NCBI GenBank assembly: GCA_020725555.1
Contig: DYEU01000005.1
Coordinates: forward strand, 1,756 to 65,755
DNA: 64,000 nt
Source: Desulfatibacillum sp.
Lineage (GTDB): Bacteria; Desulfobacterota; Desulfobacteria; Desulfobacterales; SpSt-501
Direction: 5' to 3'
A program made the translations under genes and the position numbers. Below, piece after piece: positions 58,799-64,000 of this stretch. The first letter of the stretch is position 1. Each line of letters opens with the position of its first letter. The notes below the pieces were generated by a model. That model had not been told where the DNA came from and searched no databases. It was given only the letters and a program-made list of their open reading frames with translations.

Positions 58799-60502
58799 AT
58801 GCTCAGGGAACTCGCCATCCGCAACTTCGCGATCATCGACGATCTCCGGGTGGGCTTTGCCCCGGGCTTCACGGTGATCACCGGCGAGACCGGGGTCGGC
58901 AAATCGATCCTCGTGAACGCCCTGAACCTCGTCCTCGGCGGCCGCGCCTCGGCGGAGATGGTCCGCACCGGCGCCGAGGCGGCCGAGGTGGAAGCCTTCT
59001 TCGAGGTCCCCCCCGATTCGCCCGCGGCCCAGGTCCTGTCGCAGGCGGGCTACGAGGCCGGCGAGGGTCTCCTCGTGCGGCGGGTCGTCTCCCGCGCCGA
59101 GGGCAACCGCGTCTACCTGAACGGCCGGCTCGCCACCCTCCAGGTGCTCGCCGCCGCGGTCGAGCCGCTCGCCAGCATCTCCGGCCAGCACGCCCACCAG
59201 GCGCTCCTCAAGGAGGAGCGCCACCTGCTCCTTCTCGACCAGTTCGGGGGGCTCCTTGCCGCGCGCGCCGCGGTCGCCGCGCGCGTGCGCGAGCTCGCCC
59301 CGCTGCTCGAGCGCCTGCACGGCCTGCGCGAGCGGAGCGCACGGCGCGCCGAGCGCGAGGAGCTGCTCTCCTTCCAGGTGCGCGAGATCGACGAGGCCGC
59401 CCCGCGGCCCGGCGAGGACGAGGCGCTCGAGGCCGAGCGGCTGCGGCTCAAGAACGCCGGCGCGCTCGTGGCGGCCGTGGAGGCCGCCCTCGAGGCGCTT
59501 CACGGCGGGGAGGGCTCGGCGACCGAGCGGGTCGGCGCGGTGCGCCGCAGCCTGGAGAAAATGGGGCGCATCGACCCCGCGCTCGCCGCCGAGGCCGAGG
59601 CCGCCGCCGATCTCCTCTACCGCCTCGAGGAACGCTGCGAGCGCTTGCGGCACTACCTCAAGACGGTCGAATTCGAACCCGGCCGCCTGGAGGAGATCGA
59701 GGTGCGCCTCGACCGGTTGAACCGCCTCAAGCGGAAATACGGCGGAAGCCTGGCCGCCGTGCTCGCGGAGCGCGCGCGCGCCGCATCCGAGCTCGCGGCC
59801 GTCGAGCGGCTGGAGGAGGAAATCCGCGCAAGCGAGGAGACGATCCGGGGGCTCACGGAGGCGTTGCGGCGGGAGGCGCTCGCCCTCTCCGCGCGGCGCC
59901 GCGAGGCGGCCCGGCGGCTCGAGGAGGAAGTCGCCCGCGAGCTCGCCTCGCTCAAGATGAAAGGCACCCGCTTCGGGGTGGAATGGCTTTCCCCCGCCGG
60001 CGAGCCGGCCGCCGACGGCCTCGCCCCCCCGGTCGAGGACCGGCCGGTCGCCGAAAGCGGCATCGACCGCATCCGCTTCACGATCGCCCCCAACGTGGGC
60101 GAGGCGCTGAAGCCGCTTGCGGCGATCGCCTCCGGGGGGGAGCTCTCGCGGGTCGTGCTCGCCCTCAAGTCGCTCCTCGCCCGCCACGAGGCACTCGCGA
60201 CGATCGTCTTCGACGAGGTCGACGCCGGCATCGGGGGGGCGGTCGCCGAGGGGGTGGGCCGCAAGCTCGCCCGGCTCGCCCGGCACCACCAGGTGATCTG
60301 CATCACGCATCTGCCGCAGATCGCGCGCTTCGGGACCCATCACCTGCGGATCACGAAGGAGGTGCGGGAGGGCCGCACCCGCAGCCGGCTCGAGCCCCTC
60401 GACGCGGAGGAGCGCACGCGCGAGATCGCCCGCATGCTGGGCGGGGAAAAGATCACGAAGCTCACCCTCGAGCACGCGCGCGAGCTGCTCGCCAAGGCAT
60501 GA
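58799..60502 (+). CDS. recN: DNA repair protein RecN
   Basis: NFAIID, TGETGVGKS, GQHAHQ, ASGGELSR, FDEVDAGIGG, ITHLPQIA. Confidence 0.96.
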   Translation: MLRELAIRNFAIIDDLRVGFAPGFTVITGETGVGKSILVNALNLVLGGRASAEMVRTGAEAAEVEAFFEVPPDSPAAQVLSQAGYEAGEGLLVRRVVSRAEGNRVYLNGRLATLQVLAAAVEPLASISGQHAHQALLKEERHLLLLDQFGGLLAARAAVAARVRELAPLLERLHGLRERSARRAEREELLSFQVREIDEAAPRPGEDEALEAERLRLKNAGALVAAVEAALEALHGGEGSATERVGAVRRSLEKMGRIDPALAAEAEAAADLLYRLEERCERLRHYLKTVEFEPGRLEEIEVRLDRLNRLKRKYGGSLAAVLAERARAASELAAVERLEEEIRASEETIRGLTEALRREALALSARRREAARRLEEEVARELASLKMKGTRFGVEWLSPAGEPAADGLAPPVEDRPVAESGIDRIRFTIAPNVGEALKPLAAIASGGELSRVVLALKSLLARHEALATIVFDEVDAGIGGAVAEGVGRKLARLARHHQVICITHLPQIARFGTHHLRITKEVREGRTRSRLEPLDAEERTREIARMLGGEKITKLTLEHARELLAKA

Positions 60503-60532
60503 AAAAAGCCCCCGCCGGGGCGGGGGCTTCTC
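60502..60532. terminator. Likely bidirectional terminator between recN and the csp genes
   Basis: AAAAAAGCCCCCGCC-GG-GGCGGGGGCTTCT between convergent genes. Confidence 0.75.
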
Positions 60533-60581
60533 GTCTTCGGCGCCGCGGGTCCGGCCGTTTTCGGGCCCGGGCGACGGCGGG

Positions 60582-60785
60582 TCAGACGAGCTTTTCCACT
60601 TCCGAGGCCGCGGGCCCCTTGGCGCCCTGCTGGATCTCGAAGCGCACCTTGTCGCCCTCGACCAGCGAGCGGAACCCCTTGCCCTTGATGGCGGAGTAGT
60701 GGACGAAAATGTCCTGCCCGTCGTCTTTCTTGATGAACCCGTAGCCCTTCTTCTCGTTAAACCACTTCACGACTCCTTCCGGCAT
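60582..60785 (-). CDS. Cold-shock protein
   Basis: [29 protein letters not shown]. Confidence 0.95.
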   Translation of the reverse strand: MPEGVVKWFNEKKGYGFIKKDDGQDIFVHYSAIKGKGFRSLVEGDKVRFEIQQGAKGPAASEVEKLV

Positions 60786-60811
60786 GACCTCTTCTCCTCC
60801 CCTGTGGTGTG

Positions 60812-61018
60812 TTATCCGACGACCTTTTCGACGTTGACGGCGGACGGGCCTTTTTCGCCCTGCTCGACATCAAAACGAACCCGGTCGCCTTCGGCCAGCG
60901 ACTTGTAGCCTTCCCCGCGGATGGCGGAGTAGTGGACGAAGATGTCCTTGCCGCCCTCCTGCTGGATGAAGCCCCACCCCTTCTTGTTGTTGAACCACTT
61001 GACGATGCCTTCCTGCAT
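60812..61018 (-). CDS. Cold-shock protein
   Basis: [32 protein letters not shown]. Confidence 0.95.
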   Translation of the reverse strand: MQEGIVKWFNNKKGWGFIQQEGGKDIFVHYSAIRGEGYKSLAEGDRVRFDVEQGEKGPSAVNVEKVVG

Positions 61019-61120
61019 GCCGCTCTGCATCCTCCCCTGCGCGAGATCCCGGCCGCCCCGTATCCCTGTCCCCCCGCGGACCGGATCCCGGCGGGGGATG
61101 GGCTTGCGGCCGTCGACAAT

Positions 61121-61154
61121 AAAAAAAAGGCAGAGCCCGCAAGAGCTCTGCCTT
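61121..61154 (-). terminator. Intrinsic terminator upstream of the csp genes
   Basis: Minus strand AAGGCAGAGC-tcttgcgg-GCTCTGCC-TTTTTTTT. Confidence 0.75.
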
Positions 61155-61253
61155 GATCGATCACGATCCGCGAAACAAAACCATTCGGAACACGCTGCCG
61201 CTCGAACCGGAGCCCGCGCCGCGAAATCCCGCGCAAGCGGCGCGATGGGACGT

Positions 61254-61282
61254 ATCATCCCGAAAACCCCCATGAATGTCAA
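61254..61282 (-). promoter_or_regulatory. Sigma70-like promoter pointing toward the csp genes
   Basis: Minus strand TTGACA-N17-GATGAT preceded by a T-tract. Confidence 0.55.
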
Positions 61283-61417
61283 CAAAAAAAAACGCGCCCG
61301 GCGCGCCGGGCGCAGGCTTCGGAAGGGGGATTCCCACATCTTGTGGCCGACTCCCCTTCCCCGCTCAAGGGAAAGCGGCCGCTTGCGGGCCGGAAATCCC
61401 GTGCTATCCTGGACGTC

Positions 61418-62970
61418 ATGGAGCGCCTCTCCTTTTCCCAAGCCGCGGCGGGCGCCGACGCCCTCGCGCTCCAAACGCCCGGCCCGGCCGCGATCCGCCG
61501 CGAGCTTCGCGCAAGCCTCGTTCTCGCAGCGCTTTGCGCCGCGGCGTTTCTCGGCCTTCTGCTCGTGCGCCTCGATTTCCCCGGGCGCCCGGCGGCGGGC
61601 CCCCCGGCCCCGCCGGAGCCGGCGGCCGCGCCCAGTTTCGCGCGCCAGTCCTGGATGACGGTCTACCAGCAGGAGCGGCGCATCGGGTTCGCGGCCGGCC
61701 GGATCGCGCGGCGGCTGAAGGGCTGGGAGCTGGAGGAGACGATTCTTTTGGGATCCGTGCGCTCGGCCTGGTGCAGCCGCTGCGGCTGGAGACCCGCGCC
61801 GAGCTCGCGCCCGATCTGGCCCTGCGCCGCTTCCGCTTCGAGGCCGGCTCGGGCGGCCTGCGCTTCCGGGCCGAGGGGGAAAAGGAGGGCGAGCGGCTCC
61901 GCGCCGTGCTCGACTCCGGCTCGGGCCCGCAGACGGTCGAGATCCGGGTCCCCGGCCGCACGACCCTTTCCGCCGCGATCCTCCCCGCGCTCGCCGGGCG
62001 GCCCCTGCGGCCGGGGGAGCGCTTCGCCTTCGACGTCTTCGACCCCGCCGCCCTCGCCGCGATCCCCGCCGAGGCCGAGGTGCTCGAGCGCGAGGAGCTC
62101 GCCCTTCCCGGCGGGCCGACCCCCGCCTGGCGCCTCCGGCTCTCGCTCCGCGGGGTCTCGCAGACCCTCTGGGTGGACGATGCCGGGGAGCTCCTGCGGG
62201 CGCGCGGCGTTCTCGGCCTGCGCCTCGAGCGCGCCTCGCGGCAGGAACCCCGCGAGCGGCTCGACGCCCTCGTCGGCGAGGACTGGGCCGAGCTCGCCGC
62301 GATCCCCGCCGGCCGCGAGATCGCCGACCCCACGGCCCTGGCGCGCCTGCGGGTGCGCATCCGCGGCCTCCCCCCCGGGAACCTCGCCCTTCACGGCGGG
62401 AGGCAGCGCCTGGAGGGAGAGGTCCTGACGGTCGAGCGGGAAACCCTCGAGGAGCCTCCGGCGGCGCTTTCGCCGACGGCCCGCGGCGCTCTCGAGCAGG
62501 CCTTCCTCCGGCCCGAGCCCTTCATCCAGGCCGACCACCCGCGCATCCGGGAGGCCGCCGCGGAGATCCTCCGCGGGGCCGAGGGGGAAAGCGAGCTCGC
62601 GCGGGCGCGACGGCTGGTGCGCTGGGTCTACGAACAGATCGAAAAGCGGCCGGTCCTTTCGCTGCCGGATGCGCTGGCGACCCTCGAGCGCCGCCGGGGC
62701 GACTGCAACGAGCACGCCGTGCTGCTGACCGCGCTCGCGCGCGCGGCCGGCATCCCGGCGCGCGTCGAGGTCGGCCTGGTGTACCTGCGGGGGCGCTTCT
62801 ACTACCACGCCTGGACGCTCCTGCACGCGGGGCGCTGGGTCACGGCCGACGCCGCCCTGGGGCAGATGCCCGCGGATGCGACCCACATCCGCCTCGTGAG
62901 CGGAAGCCTCGCCCAGCAGGCCGACGTGGCCGCGGTGATCGGGGCGCTCGCGCTCGAAATCCTGGAGTGA
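61418..62970 (+). pseudogene. Membrane-anchored transglutaminase-like protein, frameshifted near 61750 (real lesion or sequencing error)
   Basis: N-terminal TM part in one frame (..ELEETILLG) continues in another ([24 protein letters not shown]); junction CTTTTGGGATC. Confidence 0.7.
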
Positions 62971-62999
62971 GGGGCGAAGCCCGGGGCGGGAGAAACGGC

Positions 63000-63755
63000 A
63001 TGATCGAGCTTTGCGAGGTGAGCAAGCGCTACGGGGGACACCTCGCGGTCGACCGCCTGAGCCTCAGGGTCGAGCGTGGCGAGATCTTCGGCTTCATCGG
63101 CCCGAACGGCGCGGGCAAGACGACGACCCTGCGCATGCTGGGAGGGATTCTCCTTCCCGACGCGGGCGACATCCGCATCGCGGGGATCCCGCTTTCCCGC
63201 TTCCCCGAGGAGGCCAAGCGCCGTGTGGGCTTCGTCCCCGACCGCCCCGCCCTCTACGAGAGGCTCACCGCGCGCGAGTTTCTCGAGTTCATCGCCCGCC
63301 TCTACGGGGTTCCCCGGCCGCTCTTCGAGGAGCGGGCGCAGAGGCTGCTCGCGGAGTTCTCGCTCACCCGCCACGCCGAGGCGCCGATCGGCTCCTTCTC
63401 GCACGGGATGAAACAGCGGCTCGCCTTCGCGGCCGCCCTGCTGCACGCGCCCGAGGCGCTCATCGTGGACGAGCCCCTCGTGGGGCTGGACCCGCTCGCC
63501 GTGCGCGGGCTCAAGGCGCTCTTCCGCCGCCTCGCCGCCTCCGGGGTCACGATCTTTCTCTCCACCCACAGCCTGCACCTCGCCGAGGAGCTCTGCCCGC
63601 GCATCGGGGTCATCCACCGCGGCCGGCTGGTCGCGACCGGAAGCCCCGCCGCGCTGCGGCGCCGCGCCGGGGACCGCGCGGTCGACCTCGAGGACGCCTT
63701 CCTCGCCCTCGTCGCCGGGGACGAAGGCGAGCAGGCGGCGGGGGGGGCGCGATGA
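63000..63755 (+). CDS. ABC transporter ATP-binding protein
   Basis: GPNGAGKT, FSHGMKQR, IVDEP, STH. Confidence 0.92.
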   Translation: MIELCEVSKRYGGHLAVDRLSLRVERGEIFGFIGPNGAGKTTTLRMLGGILLPDAGDIRIAGIPLSRFPEEAKRRVGFVPDRPALYERLTAREFLEFIARLYGVPRPLFEERAQRLLAEFSLTRHAEAPIGSFSHGMKQRLAFAAALLHAPEALIVDEPLVGLDPLAVRGLKALFRRLAASGVTIFLSTHSLHLAEELCPRIGVIHRGRLVATGSPAALRRRAGDRAVDLEDAFLALVAGDEGEQAAGGAR

Positions 63756-64000
63756 GCGGCTGGGCGGGCCAGACCCTCGCGCTGCTCTCCCCGCGGTGGC
63801 TTCCGCTGGCGCGGCGCGGCCCGGCGGGCGGCCGGGCCCGGCTCGCCGTCACCGCCGGCGCCGGGGGCGGCTTCGCGGCCGGCCTCTTCTGGGTGAGCCG
63901 CCGGGTGCTGCTCCACGCCCTCGGCGTCGAGGGCATCGGCGACCTCCTCGCCTACCGGCTGCTCGCCATGATTTTCGGCGTCTGCTTCGCCCTGCTCCTC
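63752..64000 (+). CDS. Putative ABC permease (runs off the window)
   Basis: ATGA overlap with the ATPase; hydrophobic open frame MSGWAGQTLALL...GIGDLLAYRLLAMIFGVCFALLL. Confidence 0.65.
   Translation, partial: MSGWAGQTLALLSPRWLPLARRGPAGGRARLAVTAGAGGGFAAGLFWVSRRVLLHALGVEGIGDLLAYRLLAMIFGVCFALLL

Noticed and set aside
60582-61018. Direct repeat between 60640-60780 and 60880-61005
   Set aside because: Explained by the two paralogous csp genes; not a CRISPR array or mobile repeat

Overview
Very GC-rich bacterial DNA (roughly 70% by eye), most consistent with an anaerobic Desulfobacterota/deltaproteobacterium. About 55 genes are densely packed; I saw no rRNA, tRNA, CRISPR array or mobile element. 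Blocks in order: (1) B12 radical SAM (partial), ppiA, paaK and an ACT protein. (2) A ~23 kb nitrogen region with nrfHA, a split glutamate synthase operon running into purF and three uncharacterised genes, glnE, glnD-amtB-glnB-glnA and a GAF-AAA+-HTH sigma54 activator; it has two sigma54 promoters and a shared candidate enhancer, ACAAAA(T/G)TGT. (3) dinB, aroK, a PEP-CTERM protein, nrdJ with an NrdR box, znuACB-zur with Zur boxes, cysS, a phasin-like gene and an acyl-CoA dehydrogenase. (4) An operon cooC-HDAC-acuB-prmA-like-sirtuin-RACo-cysteine desulfurase. (5) An operon headed by an apparently hydrolase-dead RelA/SpoT synthetase lacking its C-terminal domains, coupled to three GT4 glycosyltransferases and two different GH130 enzymes; this is the best candidate for an undescribed system. 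(6) rdgB-ampG-unknown-Fn3 operon, recN, two csp genes behind a terminator-containing leader or sRNA, and a frameshifted transglutaminase-like gene with an ABC transporter. All calls come from reading motifs by eye; no database searches were run.
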